Assembly: GCA_045643185.1 (NCBI GenBank)
Contig: JAZUKH010000279.1
Span: 3,301-67,300 of the forward strand
DNA: 64,000 nt
Direction of reading: 5' to 3'
Source of the DNA: Myxococcota bacterium
GTDB lineage: Bacteria > Myxococcota_A > Bradymonadia > UBA4248
Shown here: positions 47,556-58,897 of the stretch, piece by piece
How positions within the stretch are numbered: position 1 is the stretch's first letter
How the letters are laid out: each line of letters begins with the position of its first letter
Notes under the pieces: generated by a model
Told to the model about the DNA's origin: nothing
Database searches by the model: none
The model's input: only the letters and a program-made list of their open reading frames with translations
Position numbers and translations under genes: made by a program

Positions 47556-47953
47556 AATATGTCCGTTTGCGAAAAAAAACCGTCACATTGCCAACATCAC
47601 TTGGCAATATAAGGTATGGGGACTTTATGGAAACACTCGTGTAGGTCTTACAACTACATCTTAAAATATCACCAAATTATGACCAAAACCACTGGGCCCC
47701 AAAAATACGCCATGGCGAAAAAAAACACGTCACATTGCCAACATCACTTGGCAATATAAGGTATGGGGACTTTATGGAAACACTCGTGTAGGTTGCACAA
47801 CTACATCTTAAAATATCACCAAATTATGACCAAAACCACTGGGCCAAAAAAAATACGCCATGGCGAAAAAAACCGTCACATTGCCAACATCACTTGGCAA
47901 TATAAGGTATGGGGACTTTATGGAAACACTCGTGTAGGTCTTACAACCACATG
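47556..47953. repeat. Tandem direct repeat, 147-bp unit, about 2.7 copies at about 97% identity. Each unit contains the palindrome TTGCCAAcatcacTTGGCAA
   Basis: Units begin at about 47569, 47716 and 47863 (gcgaaaaaaaacNcgtcacattgccaacatcacttggcaatataaggtatggggactttatggaaacactcgtgtaggt…). Between the calpain-like gene start at 47292 and the GHMP kinase stop at 48025. Confidence 0.85.
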
Positions 47954-48024
47954 CTAATAAGCAATTAAACACGCCTACGCGGTATCGACAGATTCCAGCA
48001 ACTTATCGACCGTTTTCCCATTGT

Positions 48025-48984
48025 TCACACAGGCGCATAGATCAAACTGCGAATATATGACAAACCAAGCTTATTCCAAGCCGTGATGATACGTTGAATA
48101 CGATTTTCCGGCGTAATCGCCATAACGAAGCCGCCCGCGCCGGCCCCTGTCAGTTTAGCCCCATAAGCCCCAGCCTGTTTAGCAGCACGAACGGCAGCGA
48201 CGATGTCTGGCGTCGACGCGCCGATCTGCTCCAGCAAAGCCTGCGCGCGCGTCATTTGTTCCCCAATGGTACGCGCATCGCCACGAGCCATAGCCTGCAT
48301 GACCTGATCACACACATCGTCCGATTTACGTATCAATTCCGCGAGCCAGTCAGGTTCGTCCCGCTTGAGATCACGAAGGCATTTAAAGGCTTTCTCACCG
48401 TTTTGGCGCGCCCCCGTCGAGCCGATCACAAAGTACAGTGGTGCCACGTCAAAATCGGGCACGAATTGCAACGGCTCGTCACCACTATGAAACATGATCG
48501 GGCATGCACGCGACACAGCTATATTGTCGACCCCCGAAACAGGACCGTGCCAGCTATTCTCAAGCTGCTGACTGTAAAAATCACGGTACGCACGACCAAC
48601 ATCGTTCTTGCCAACATATTCCAAAAAAGTATCCACCAGCGCGCACGCTAACGCAGATGAGGACCCCAAGCCTTGACCGATTGGAATGCTGCTCACGACC
48701 TGACAATCAAGCGATTTTAAAACACTTTCTGGCTGAATCGTCATTTTACAAAGCGTTTTAAGCAAATTGACCACATGGATCTGACACTGATCCGTTTCTT
48801 CCTTCGAAACAGCCACGTCATCATCAAATGCCACCGAAACATGTGGGCCTTTTTTGTTATCAAGCGTCTTCATCGTGACTCGTGTGGAAAAACACTCCGC
48901 AGGCATCACCACACATTTGCCGCCGTGAACGACAAAATGTTCACCACATAAAATGAGCTTGGCATGAATACGCGTCGTGGTCAT
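48025..48984 (-). CDS. GHMP-family kinase (mevalonate kinase-like)
   Basis: KLILCGEHFVVHG (N-terminal GHMP motif) and PIGQGLGSSSALACAL (PxGxGLGSSAA ATP-binding motif). RBS aagagga lies before the ATG at 48984; the 49059 start in the ORF track is an extension. Confidence 0.7.
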   Translation of the reverse strand: MTTTRIHAKLILCGEHFVVHGGKCVVMPAECFSTRVTMKTLDNKKGPHVSVAFDDDVAVSKEETDQCQIHVVNLLKTLCKMTIQPESVLKSLDCQVVSSIPIGQGLGSSSALACALVDTFLEYVGKNDVGRAYRDFYSQQLENSWHGPVSGVDNIAVSRACPIMFHSGDEPLQFVPDFDVAPLYFVIGSTGARQNGEKAFKCLRDLKRDEPDWLAELIRKSDDVCDQVMQAMARGDARTIGEQMTRAQALLEQIGASTPDIVAAVRAAKQAGAYGAKLTGAGAGGFVMAITPENRIQRIITAWNKLGLSYIRSLIYAPV

Positions 48985-49224
48985 GGCATTCCTCTTGTCA
49001 ATTTCCGTTACTCGCACAAAACGATCGCTTTTATATAACCCAATAAGTCCAAAAAACAATGCACTTCATCATTAAAAAATCGAGTTATTTTTCATTTTAT
49101 GACCTGAATAATGTCCTAATACCAGTAAAAACGCAAAAGCCCCCGGTCAGACAGGCTCGGGGGCTAATGTAAATGTCCAAAAATAACCTTATTGGACACA
49201 GATCGCTATGGCAGCGACACCAGC

Positions 49225-49980
49225 TTATTCAGCGGCTTTGATGATGGCTGCGAAGTCCGCTGCTTTGAGCGAAGCGCCACCGACAAGTGCACCGTCGATG
49301 TCTTTCTGACCAAGGATCTCTTTGGCATTCGCAGCTTTGACGCTACCACCATACTGAATGCGCATCGCTTCAGCGTTATCGGCACCAAAGATTTCGGCGA
49401 GTTTGGCACGAATAGCAGCGTGAACTTCCTGAGCCTGATCGGGCGTCGCGGTTTTGCCCGTGCCGATAGCCCAAACCGGTTCATAGGCAACAACAACGCG
49501 AGCAGCTTCGTCTTTTGTCACGGTGGAAAGACCGTTCACGATCTGGCCGAGAACGACGTCGAGTGTCTTACCAGCTTCGCGTTCGGCGAGGGATTCACCA
49601 ACGCAGACGATCGGCGTGAGATCATTATCGAGAGCCGCACGAACGCGTTTCGCCACGGATTCGTCAGTTTCACCAAAATACTGACGGCGTTCGCTGTGAC
49701 CGATGATCGTGTGGGTCACGCCCACATCTTTGAGCATATCAGCGCTGATCTCGCCCGTGTAAGCCCCAGATTTAGCATAAGAGATGTTCTGGGCGCTGAC
49801 TTCAATGTTTGAACCTTTAAGGATGTCGACGACATCAGCGAGGCAAGTGAAGGTCGGAGCCACCGCGATCTCGACATTTTTGACGTCCGCAACGAGCGGT
49901 TTGAGGGCTTCAACAAGCTCTTTAGCCGCAGCACGCGTGTTATTCATTTTCCAGTTACCGGCAATAAAGGGTTTACGCAT
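49225..49980 (-). CDS. tpiA: Triosephosphate isomerase
   Basis: MRKPFIAGNWKMN, IGHSERR and VAYEPVWAIGTG are canonical. RBS aaggaag. Confidence 0.9.
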   Translation of the reverse strand: MRKPFIAGNWKMNNTRAAAKELVEALKPLVADVKNVEIAVAPTFTCLADVVDILKGSNIEVSAQNISYAKSGAYTGEISADMLKDVGVTHTIIGHSERRQYFGETDESVAKRVRAALDNDLTPIVCVGESLAEREAGKTLDVVLGQIVNGLSTVTKDEAARVVVAYEPVWAIGTGKTATPDQAQEVHAAIRAKLAEIFGADNAEAMRIQYGGSVKAANAKEILGQKDIDGALVGGASLKAADFAAIIKAAE

Positions 49981-50081
49981 TTGATTCTTCCTTAAGCGAT
50001 TGGCCATAAACGGCAAAAAAACAATTTAAGAAAACAAAAGGACCCCATGGAAGGGATCCTTTTGTTTAACTGATCATGAAA

Positions 50082-51344
50082 TTACTTGGCGATACGAAGC
50101 GCTTCAACGCCGGGGAGTTCCTTGCCTTCGACGAGTTCGAGGGAGGCACCACCACCAGTGGAAACGTGCGTGACTTTGCTGTCAAGACCGAACTGACGAA
50201 TGGCAGCAGCGGAGTCGCCACCACCGACGACCGTGCAACCCGTGGATTCGGTCAACGCCGTGGCAACGGCGATCGTGCCAGCAGCATAACGCGGATTTTC
50301 GAAAACACCCATGGGGCCGTTCCAGAAGACCGATTTGGCTTTCTTAACAACGTTAGCATAGATCTCACGCGTTTTGGGACCAATATCGAGGCCCATCTGG
50401 CCATCGGAGAAGTTTTCAACGACCGTGCAAGGCGTCGTATCGTCGAGAGCCGTCGAAACAACGTGATCGACAGGCAGGAGAAGTTCGCATTTGGAGTTCG
50501 CTGCTTTTTCGAGGATCGATTTAGCAACGTCCATAGCATCCGCTTCAACACGGCTCGAAGCAACGTTCACGCCTTTCGCAGCGAGGAGCGTGTAAGCCAT
50601 GGCACCACCAATGCAGATCTGATCGCATTTTTCAATCAGGCTTTCGATAACACCGATTTTGTCGGAAACCTTGGCACCACCGAGAATGGCGACATACGGA
50701 TGTTCCGGATCATAAACGATGTTGCCGAGGAACTTGATTTCTTTCTGAAGAAGGTAACCACAGGCTTTGTTATCGCCGAAAGCGGGAACCATTTTCGCCA
50801 TAGAGGCATGAGCGCGGTGGCAGGTACCAAAAGCATCGTTGATATAGACATCGGCGAGGGAAGCAAGCTGAGCTGCGAATTTCTTCTGGTTCTCTTTCAC
50901 GACTTTCTTAGCCGCATCTTTTTCTTCATCCGTAGCAAATTTGCCACGGGGTTTGCCCTCTTCTTCCTCATAGAAACGGAGGTTTTCGAGAAGAAGGATC
51001 TGGCCCGGCTGAAGTTTTTTGGACATTTCGACAACGCCGTCACCCACGCAGTCATCAGCAAAGATAACTTCACGTTTGGGCATCAATTCGGAGAGGCGAT
51101 CAGCAACGGGTTTGAGCGAAAATTCAGGGCTGGGATTGGCTTTCGGACGACCAAGGTGAGAAGCAACGATGGGATAACCACCATTGGCAAGGACGTAATT
51201 GATCGTGGGGATCGCCTGACGAATACGGAAATCGTCGGTGATCTTGTCGCCATCGAGGGGAACGTTGAAATCGACGCGAATAAAAACGCGTTTGCCTTTG
51301 AGGTCGAGGTCTTCTACGGTTTTGATACCATCAAGATAAGCCAT
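50082..51344 (-). CDS. pgk: Phosphoglycerate kinase
   Basis: KRVFIRVDFNVP, SHLGRP and GGGASLE are canonical PGK motifs. RBS aaggag. Confidence 0.9.
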   Translation of the reverse strand: MAYLDGIKTVEDLDLKGKRVFIRVDFNVPLDGDKITDDFRIRQAIPTINYVLANGGYPIVASHLGRPKANPSPEFSLKPVADRLSELMPKREVIFADDCVGDGVVEMSKKLQPGQILLLENLRFYEEEEGKPRGKFATDEEKDAAKKVVKENQKKFAAQLASLADVYINDAFGTCHRAHASMAKMVPAFGDNKACGYLLQKEIKFLGNIVYDPEHPYVAILGGAKVSDKIGVIESLIEKCDQICIGGAMAYTLLAAKGVNVASSRVEADAMDVAKSILEKAANSKCELLLPVDHVVSTALDDTTPCTVVENFSDGQMGLDIGPKTREIYANVVKKAKSVFWNGPMGVFENPRYAAGTIAVATALTESTGCTVVGGGDSAAAIRQFGLDSKVTHVSTGGGASLELVEGKELPGVEALRIAK

Positions 51345-51446
51345 GGGAAAGTCTCCTTATAATATTCGAAATAATCAAATCGAAAAAAAGAGCCAGAGCC
51401 CGTTACGGGAACTCTGGCTCTAAAGCACAATTAAGCAGTCATGAAA

Positions 51447-52523
<1,077 letters not shown>

Positions 52524-52614
52524 TTATTGTCAACGGTTTGCGACGATTACTACTCTAACTATAGTTGCAGCTCAGTTGAGGAAAACAAATTCGTCGTGTC
52601 GCACGATAAGAAAA

Positions 52615-52712
52615 TCGCGGCGCGTATTGACCGAGCGTAGAGCCGGCCGGATCGGACGGCTCAAGCGAGGGAGAAGCGACGCGGGCGCGGCGTATGAAAT
52701 AGCCGCGCCTAA
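52615..52712. repeat. Family A repeat, inverted partial copy of the 33664..33760 modules
   Basis: gcgcgtattgaccgagcgtaga … agcgagggagaagcgacgcg … GCGCGGCGTATGAAATAGCCGCGC are reverse complements of modules at 33664..33760, with a different central segment. Confidence 0.75.
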
Positions 52713-52760
52713 AAATCATAGTCAATTTTTGGGTTATGCCCATCTGAATCGTAACTAAAT

Positions 52761-53642
52761 CTACGTTTCTTGTTCATGCCGACACTTGCGAACTCGGCTA
52801 CGAATAAAACATACTAAACACCACAAACTCAAAAGCAAGATCCAAATTATACTTTTATCCGGTCGATAAAGGCTTACACTGCAATCCGATGTATGTAGAT
52901 AGCCTTCCGTCATGCCCTGCGGCGGCGCTTTGAAATATTCACCTGAAAAATCGCATGCCTGAGCTTTCGATAATGGATAGATCGTTTCGATCGCCATTAT
53001 GTCATCCTCAAAAAGGTCACGCATATACGTCTCGCCACCGATTGCATAAGGGTACATCGTCGCATTCATCACCATCGAATGGTCCAATCCCAACACATGA
53101 CCAAGTTCGTGCGTCAACGTGTTCTGAAGATCCACAACTTCATCCGTCGGATCACTAACAATGCCAAAACGATACTGATAGGTATTGATCTCCATATCGG
53201 CATCGTAGATCTGACCCGTCGACGAGCGATTGGTAACGCTCGTCAAAGCCATGATCATGACTGATTCGTTCCACTCCTCATCACGAAAAACGATGATATT
53301 GGCATTCTCATCAATAAACGGATTATATCCAATACGAGTTTCGTCCGTCAGACCACCATAGGACATAACGACCGATGAACGATCCGGAACATTCCACGCC
53401 TCGATCGAGGTCTTCACGACCGCTTCTACATCCTCAAACGGAAGCGTTTTTGTCCCTTTTTCATTCAAGTGGATTTCAACACACGGTGTCTTCCAGGCCG
53501 TCGGCTTGGGCGATTTACCACTGTCACACGGCACGTAGACGTCGTCACACGTCATAGCCTGTTCCCATGCCCAGACATTATGAGATGCTCCGGTCAGGCA
53601 CGCGACCAAAACTATCAAAAGCAAAAAGCCTTGTTTCATCAC
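52761..53642 (-). CDS. Matrixin-like (M10-type HExxHxxGxxH) zinc metalloprotease with signal peptide and C-terminal membrane anchor
   Basis: MMKQGFLLLIVLVACLTGASHNVWA. HELGHVLGLDHS zinc-binding motif with the Met-turn region. C-terminal IIWILLLSLWCLVCFI TM plus basic tail. Confidence 0.65.
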   Translation of the reverse strand: MMKQGFLLLIVLVACLTGASHNVWAWEQAMTCDDVYVPCDSGKSPKPTAWKTPCVEIHLNEKGTKTLPFEDVEAVVKTSIEAWNVPDRSSVVMSYGGLTDETRIGYNPFIDENANIIVFRDEEWNESVMIMALTSVTNRSSTGQIYDADMEINTYQYRFGIVSDPTDEVVDLQNTLTHELGHVLGLDHSMVMNATMYPYAIGGETYMRDLFEDDIMAIETIYPLSKAQACDFSGEYFKAPPQGMTEGYLHTSDCSVSLYRPDKSIIWILLLSLWCLVCFIRSRVRKCRHEQET

Positions 53643-54355
53643 ATCGTTCTCCGACCAGGCAGACTCTTCAGTGCCTCATCACGCGTTAACGGCTCAACAA
53701 GCGCATCCAGCACACTTTGTTCAAACGTCTCAAGGTCCGGATCACGCGTCAAGTCAGCGCTTGAGTCCGTCGACGCACGCAAGCGTTGCGTACGAACATG
53801 ACGACGCTTCACACGCTCGTCAGAACGAATCACGCGCTTTTGCTGTAACGAATCCAACTGAACAATAAAGGCTCCCTGGGACAGACCAATGGGATAAAGC
53901 TCACTCGAACCAGAACGACCGAGGCGTTCTAAAAACAACACGACTTCATCCCCTACAACCAGTTGCGCTTCACCACCTACACGCGTCACCAAGTCACCAA
54001 GTGCGCCGCCGCGTGTATAAAATGTCAATGTGTCGCCTGAGACTGGAACATCCGATTTAAACCACGTCGTCACTTCCATCACATGTTTCGTTTCGATCTT
54101 ACCATTCGCCTGCAACACCGCTTCACTTTGAACAACGCGGCCACGCACGATTACATGCGACAACGCCACTTTCTGCGCCTGACTCAATTCAACCACGACA
54201 CTCGCCCGGGCCTCAAAACCAGTCAGAAAGACACCACACATGCCCCCAAAAACCATGATCCCGAAAATCAAACATTTCAAAACTAAACGAACCATGTTTT
54301 CCTCGGCCTTTTTGCCAGAATAGTCATAAAATCGTAAACTCTGCCTGTTGGCCAA
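53639..54355 (-). CDS. Hypothetical membrane-anchored protein, translationally coupled to the downstream metalloprotease
   Basis: N-terminal TM VLKCLIFGIMVFGGMCGVFLTGF; the stop overlaps the metalloprotease start (ATGA). Confidence 0.45.
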   Translation of the reverse strand: MANRQSLRFYDYSGKKAEENMVRLVLKCLIFGIMVFGGMCGVFLTGFEARASVVVELSQAQKVALSHVIVRGRVVQSEAVLQANGKIETKHVMEVTTWFKSDVPVSGDTLTFYTRGGALGDLVTRVGGEAQLVVGDEVVLFLERLGRSGSSELYPIGLSQGAFIVQLDSLQQKRVIRSDERVKRRHVRTQRLRASTDSSADLTRDPDLETFEQSVLDALVEPLTRDEALKSLPGRRTM

Positions 54356-54411
54356 ACAGCCATTTGTTTATACACATTTTGCCACCGGTCTTATAGAAGC
54401 CACATCAAAAA

Positions 54412-54993
54412 ATGTCACGGAGATTTCAAATGAGCAGGATGCTTACCCGATCAATGCTGGCGCTCATCGCAATTAGCGCATGCGCCTGCGCTACCACATC
54501 AAACGACAAAAAGGACCTCACACCTGCGGAAGTCGCACGTTACCAGGAAGCCGTGGACCAGAATCCCTCGTCAATTCCCGAAGGAACACAGGTCATCGTC
54601 AGCGTCACCGGTGATCCCAGAGACATCGAAGCGGCCTTGAACGCCCAAGCTCAACCAGTTCCCCAAGCCAGTCAACGCGATTTTACCGTCGACGCTTCCA
54701 CTTACGAACAGTTTTTCTCAGCTTCCCCAGCCATGATCCTCAGCAGAATGCAACTTGACCCCGTCCGAGATGGAAGTGCACTGCTCGGTTATCGGATCGT
54801 CAAATTCACAAACGGCGCTTTTGAAGGGGTCGACCTTATCGAAAATGATGTCATCGTTGGTATCAATGGTTCCATGCCCAAAACGCCTGACGACTATTTC
54901 GCCGCTTGGGAAGACATGAAAGCCTCGCAAAAGGCCACCGTTGACGTGCAAAGAAGCGTTGAACGCTTCACACTTACTTGGACCAAACAATAA
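54412..54993 (+). CDS. PDZ-domain lipoprotein
   Basis: Lipobox LIAISACAC. C-terminal GYRIVKFTNGAFEGVDLIENDVIVGINGSMPKTPDDYFAAWEDM, a PDZ-like fold. Confidence 0.5.
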   Translation: MSRRFQMSRMLTRSMLALIAISACACATTSNDKKDLTPAEVARYQEAVDQNPSSIPEGTQVIVSVTGDPRDIEAALNAQAQPVPQASQRDFTVDASTYEQFFSASPAMILSRMQLDPVRDGSALLGYRIVKFTNGAFEGVDLIENDVIVGINGSMPKTPDDYFAAWEDMKASQKATVDVQRSVERFTLTWTKQ

Positions 54994-55004
54994 TTTCAGC
55001 CACA

Positions 55005-56870
55005 ATGTTTGATCACGAAACCGCACTCGCAGGCATTCCCGAAAACCCGGGATGCTACATTATGAAAGACCGTCATGACACGGTCGTTTATGTCGGAAAA
55101 GCCAAAAATCTTCACAGGCGAGTGAGCCAATACTTTAGCGGACACGACGACCGGGCGTTCGTGGCGACGCTCGGGGATGTTCTGCACCACATCGATATCA
55201 TCATCACTCAGAATGAGCGCGAAGCGCTCATTCTGGAAGCTGGACTGATCAAACGATACAGACCTCGCTACAACGTCTTACTCAAAGACGACAAAGACAT
55301 GCCCCAGCTGCGCATCGATCCGAACGAAAAATGGCCTCACGTCGAGATCGTTCGAAAACGAAAAAGTGACGGTGCACATTACTTTGGGCCTTACCCTAGT
55401 GGACAGGCTTGTCGACGAAGTCTCGCTGTCATCAACCACTACTTTCAACTCAGAACTTGTAGCGACACGACTTTTTGCAACCGAGCCAGACCATGTTTAC
55501 AGTATGAGATCCATCGCTGTATGGGGCCTTGCTGTATGCCCGTCGACGAAGCCGAATACATGCGACAATGCCGCGATGCCGAAATGTTCCTGTCGGGCAA
55601 ATACGACGACTTGAAAGCAAAACTCACGGCTCGAATGGTGTTAGCTTCCGAACAACTCGCGTTCGAACAAGCCGCCATGTACCGAGACCAGATCATCGCG
55701 GTCGAAGAAGTTTGCGCTCAGCAAAAGATCGTTCAAAAACAACCTGTGAATCAGGACTACTGGGCTGTCGCTGGCGACGAAGTCATGCGATGCATCGTCG
55801 TACTCATGGTGCGCCAGGGACGACTCATTCACATGCAGACCTATGATGCTCGCGACAACGTAACGGCGATCGGCGATATCCTGACACAGATCATGGTTCA
55901 TCATTACCAGGCTTTCGATAATTACCCAGGTGAAGTCGTGTTACCGCGCGACTTCGTAGACCAGGAACCGCTGCTCAAAGACACGTTCGAAGCACTTAGC
56001 GGCCGTCATGTCGCCATCACATTCCCAACACGAGGAACCAAGTCAGAACTGCTTGACACCGCACGCATCAACGCGGAACAACAGGTTCATATTCGTCGAA
56101 CAAATGCCAGCGACGTTCTACTGCTCGCCGAGGAAAAGCTGCATCTGCAACGTTACCCACATCGAATCGAGTGCTACGATATTTCGAACATGCAGGGTAG
56201 CCAGATCGTGGCTGCAATGGTCGTGTTCATACAAGGCAAACTCGATCCCGCGCGTTGCCGAACATTTAAAGTCAAGACCACGGGCGGGCAGGACGACTTT
56301 GGAAGCCTCAACGAAGTTTTGACGCGACGTCTGCGCTATCTGAACGCAACACCAGACAACGATGAGCACATTTCAAATGTCGAAGCCTCTTTTTGTGAAA
56401 TGCCTGACCTGTTGTTGATCGACGGTGGACACGGACAAGTCAACGCCGTCGTTGAAGCCGTCGAAGCCAGTAACATGACCGGCGCCTTCGACATCATCGG
56501 CATTGCTAAGTCGCGCGTCAAACACAGCGCATCCCAAAACGACGTCATCCACAGCCCGGAACGCCTCGTCTACCCCGATGTGGAAGAACCACTCATTCTT
56601 CCACAGGATGACCCAGTCATCCTGTTAATGGCCAATATCCGCGACGAAACTCACAAACGCGCCATCGGTTTTCACAGAAAGACCCGCGATTCGGAAACAC
56701 TCAAAAGCCGTTTGGACAGCATTGAAGGCGTCGGCCCTAAAAGACGCGCCAAACTACTTCAAACCTTTGGAAGCGTCGCAGAAATTGCCAAACGCCCCCC
56801 CGAAGAACTCGCGAAAATGGGCGAAATTTCCATCACACTCGCCCAAAAGATACACGAAGCTCTCCAATAA
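55005..56870 (+). CDS. uvrC: Excinuclease ABC subunit C
   Basis: GIY-YIG (PGCYIMKD…VVYVGKAKNLHRRVSQYF), UvrBC-binding region, RNase H-like endonuclease domain and C-terminal (HhH)2 (IEGVGPKRRAKLLQTFGSVAEI). Confidence 0.9.
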   Translation: MFDHETALAGIPENPGCYIMKDRHDTVVYVGKAKNLHRRVSQYFSGHDDRAFVATLGDVLHHIDIIITQNEREALILEAGLIKRYRPRYNVLLKDDKDMPQLRIDPNEKWPHVEIVRKRKSDGAHYFGPYPSGQACRRSLAVINHYFQLRTCSDTTFCNRARPCLQYEIHRCMGPCCMPVDEAEYMRQCRDAEMFLSGKYDDLKAKLTARMVLASEQLAFEQAAMYRDQIIAVEEVCAQQKIVQKQPVNQDYWAVAGDEVMRCIVVLMVRQGRLIHMQTYDARDNVTAIGDILTQIMVHHYQAFDNYPGEVVLPRDFVDQEPLLKDTFEALSGRHVAITFPTRGTKSELLDTARINAEQQVHIRRTNASDVLLLAEEKLHLQRYPHRIECYDISNMQGSQIVAAMVVFIQGKLDPARCRTFKVKTTGGQDDFGSLNEVLTRRLRYLNATPDNDEHISNVEASFCEMPDLLLIDGGHGQVNAVVEAVEASNMTGAFDIIGIAKSRVKHSASQNDVIHSPERLVYPDVEEPLILPQDDPVILLMANIRDETHKRAIGFHRKTRDSETLKSRLDSIEGVGPKRRAKLLQTFGSVAEIAKRPPEELAKMGEISITLAQKIHEALQ

Positions 56871-56963
56871 CCAAGCTTTAAGCATAACGTAATTATGGCT
56901 ACCATTCCTAATGTAAATAAAGCACGCCATAATTACGCATTGCAACGACATCTAACGGTCTGC

Positions 56964-58433
56964 CTAGAATTGTACGCCAATACCGAGCTGGCCGTACAAA
57001 TAGCCCTTAAAGCCGCCTTCTGCGCGAACCGTCAGTTTGTCATCAAGGAATGAGAACTTAAAGCCGACCGTGGCCTCAACAAAACCAAAAATGGGCGGAA
57101 GCTCATCCACGACATGGTATCCTGGTGAATAATTGCATGATTCGATATCAGCCTGGTCGCTCGCACAGACACCATTGATGTTATGCGCCCTGGCCTCACC
57201 GAGCAACACGCCGCCCCAAAGACCGCCGCCATAATAGAAATCGATATGATCAAACACAGAAACGTGATCGGCAATGGACACGATGTGATAAACCGCAGCT
57301 TCGATAGCCACGATGCTCAGGTTGTTCTCAATATAGTCCGCAAGTGTGGGCTCGTCCTCGTGAATAAGCCAATACGCATCACCGGTGCGGGCACTCGTCC
57401 ACGAAAGGGAAAGACGAAGCTCCATTGGAAACACGAAGCGCATCGTATAATCGAGGCCAAATCCCATATTAGCCACGCCATCCCACGTGTCACCGTGTTT
57501 ATCAAACCAATGTGAGATCAATGACGACGGCACCCCCACAAAGCTGAGCGACATCCCCATGCCGTGTCCCTTGATCGGGCTGTCATTGTCATGATCGAGT
57601 GGCTGGGCTTCATCGGGATCATTAAGAGAAATGCGTTTTACGTCGCTCGCAGGTGCACTCGCCGAGCCATCAACAGCGTTAGATTCGCCTTCGGACGTGA
57701 TCTTGGCATATTCCGGCGTCACATCGTCCCCCGGATCTTCTTTCAGGTCCACATTCTCACGCGGATGAGAGGCTTTATCGACGTATTCATAGTCCCACGG
57801 CTCATTACCATAGACAGCAGCATCGTTTGAACGATCCGTCAAATGAAATTCGCTGCTCGTACTGTCATTGATCGTGGCCGGATCACGCGGTAATGAAGGC
57901 TTTTCACTGCGTTGTGTCGAGACATTGTCAACGATCTCGTGATCCCAAGCTGAACGAGCATAAGCGTCGACCTCGGATTTCGACTTAACAGCCCCTGCCT
58001 GGGCGGCTTTCGCGGCTTTCGCGGCTTTGTTGGCGGCCTCCACTCGAGCCGCATCCGCAGCCTTGGCGGCGGCAACAGCCGGATCTTCGGTCGCGTCTTT
58101 GCGTTTGATCGTAACGGTCTTTTGAACCGACTCAGGCTCAGCCACGGCTGCAGGTTTCACGACCGCCGTGTTTGCACCCATCGCCGAAGACGCTGACGAA
58201 TCCACTTTGTTCGCATTCGTCGGATTTTGAGAATTCGCTTTCTTCGACTCAGCTTTTTTTCCGGTCAGAGCGTCGAGAGACATGGCCTTGTTCGCCAAAG
58301 ACTCGGCGGCATTAACTTGGTGTGCACCCGATTCGCTATCATCAATGCCCAACCAGGAATCATCCTGAGCCTGCGCCACTGCGGGCATGAGACACAACAT
58401 AAAAAGCACGGATCGTAAGACAGACAGTCTCAT
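56964..58433 (-). CDS. Outer-membrane beta-barrel-like secreted protein with Ala/Lys-rich N-terminal extension
   Basis: Signal peptide MRLSVLRSVLFMLCLMPAVAQA. Ala-rich helical segment (AAKAADAARVEAANKAAKAAKAAQ). C-terminal alternating hydrophobic strands ending …GQLGIGVQF (terminal Phe). Confidence 0.5.
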   Translation of the reverse strand: MRLSVLRSVLFMLCLMPAVAQAQDDSWLGIDDSESGAHQVNAAESLANKAMSLDALTGKKAESKKANSQNPTNANKVDSSASSAMGANTAVVKPAAVAEPESVQKTVTIKRKDATEDPAVAAAKAADAARVEAANKAAKAAKAAQAGAVKSKSEVDAYARSAWDHEIVDNVSTQRSEKPSLPRDPATINDSTSSEFHLTDRSNDAAVYGNEPWDYEYVDKASHPRENVDLKEDPGDDVTPEYAKITSEGESNAVDGSASAPASDVKRISLNDPDEAQPLDHDNDSPIKGHGMGMSLSFVGVPSSLISHWFDKHGDTWDGVANMGFGLDYTMRFVFPMELRLSLSWTSARTGDAYWLIHEDEPTLADYIENNLSIVAIEAAVYHIVSIADHVSVFDHIDFYYGGGLWGGVLLGEARAHNINGVCASDQADIESCNYSPGYHVVDELPPIFGFVEATVGFKFSFLDDKLTVRAEGGFKGYLYGQLGIGVQF

Positions 58434-58537
58434 TTTATCACTCCACAAACCGACACCCACCATGGGCATATCTTCCCTTTTTACACGATATGTAAAAAAA
58501 TTAAAGATTACGCCCTTCGGGGAACTAAATTCAGTCT

Positions 58538-58888
58538 TTAGGACAACGCATTGATGACCTTATTGCGTGTGGACATCGTCAAGGCATCACGGACACTCCC
58601 TTCAGCAATGCTTTCAGTTTCGATCGACCACGCGCACGAACCATCACTTTTGAGAAGCATATCCTTAAAACAATCTTCATCAGCAGACCCATAATGAATA
58701 CCAACACAAACGGTCGACGCATCAATAACTTCAATATGATGCATACCAAACGCGATCTCTTCGCGAAGTGCCGACAAAAATTCACCGATCGAGGTTCGTT
58801 CGCCTTTAATAAGACATCCAGTGCTGCCGCCAGGGGCAATATGCATAGCCGTTTTATCAAGCGCAACGTTCGTTCCAAAAATTTCCAT
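58538..58888 (-). CDS. Hypothetical protein (116 aa), possibly CheX/CheC-like
   Basis: ORF; weak resemblance only. Confidence 0.3.
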   Translation of the reverse strand: MEIFGTNVALDKTAMHIAPGGSTGCLIKGERTSIGEFLSALREEIAFGMHHIEVIDASTVCVGIHYGSADEDCFKDMLLKSDGSCAWSIETESIAEGSVRDALTMSTRNKVINALS

Positions 58889-58897
58889 ATCTCCTCC

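Noticed and set aside
47581-47620. Sigma-54 promoter (TGGCA…TTGC) within the repeat unit
   Set aside because: The TTGGCAA/TTGCCAA elements do not have the GG-N10-GC spacing of -24/-12 promoters. It is better interpreted as a palindromic protein-binding site.
47556-47953. CRISPR array
   Set aside because: The repeat unit is 147 bp and copies abut directly with no unique spacers. There are no 24-48-bp repeats and no cas genes. This is a tandem direct repeat, not CRISPR.
47763-47957. 64-aa ORF spanning the tandem repeat units
   Set aside because: The reading frame is generated by the repeats themselves. There is no RBS and the sequence is low complexity; it is unlikely to be coding.
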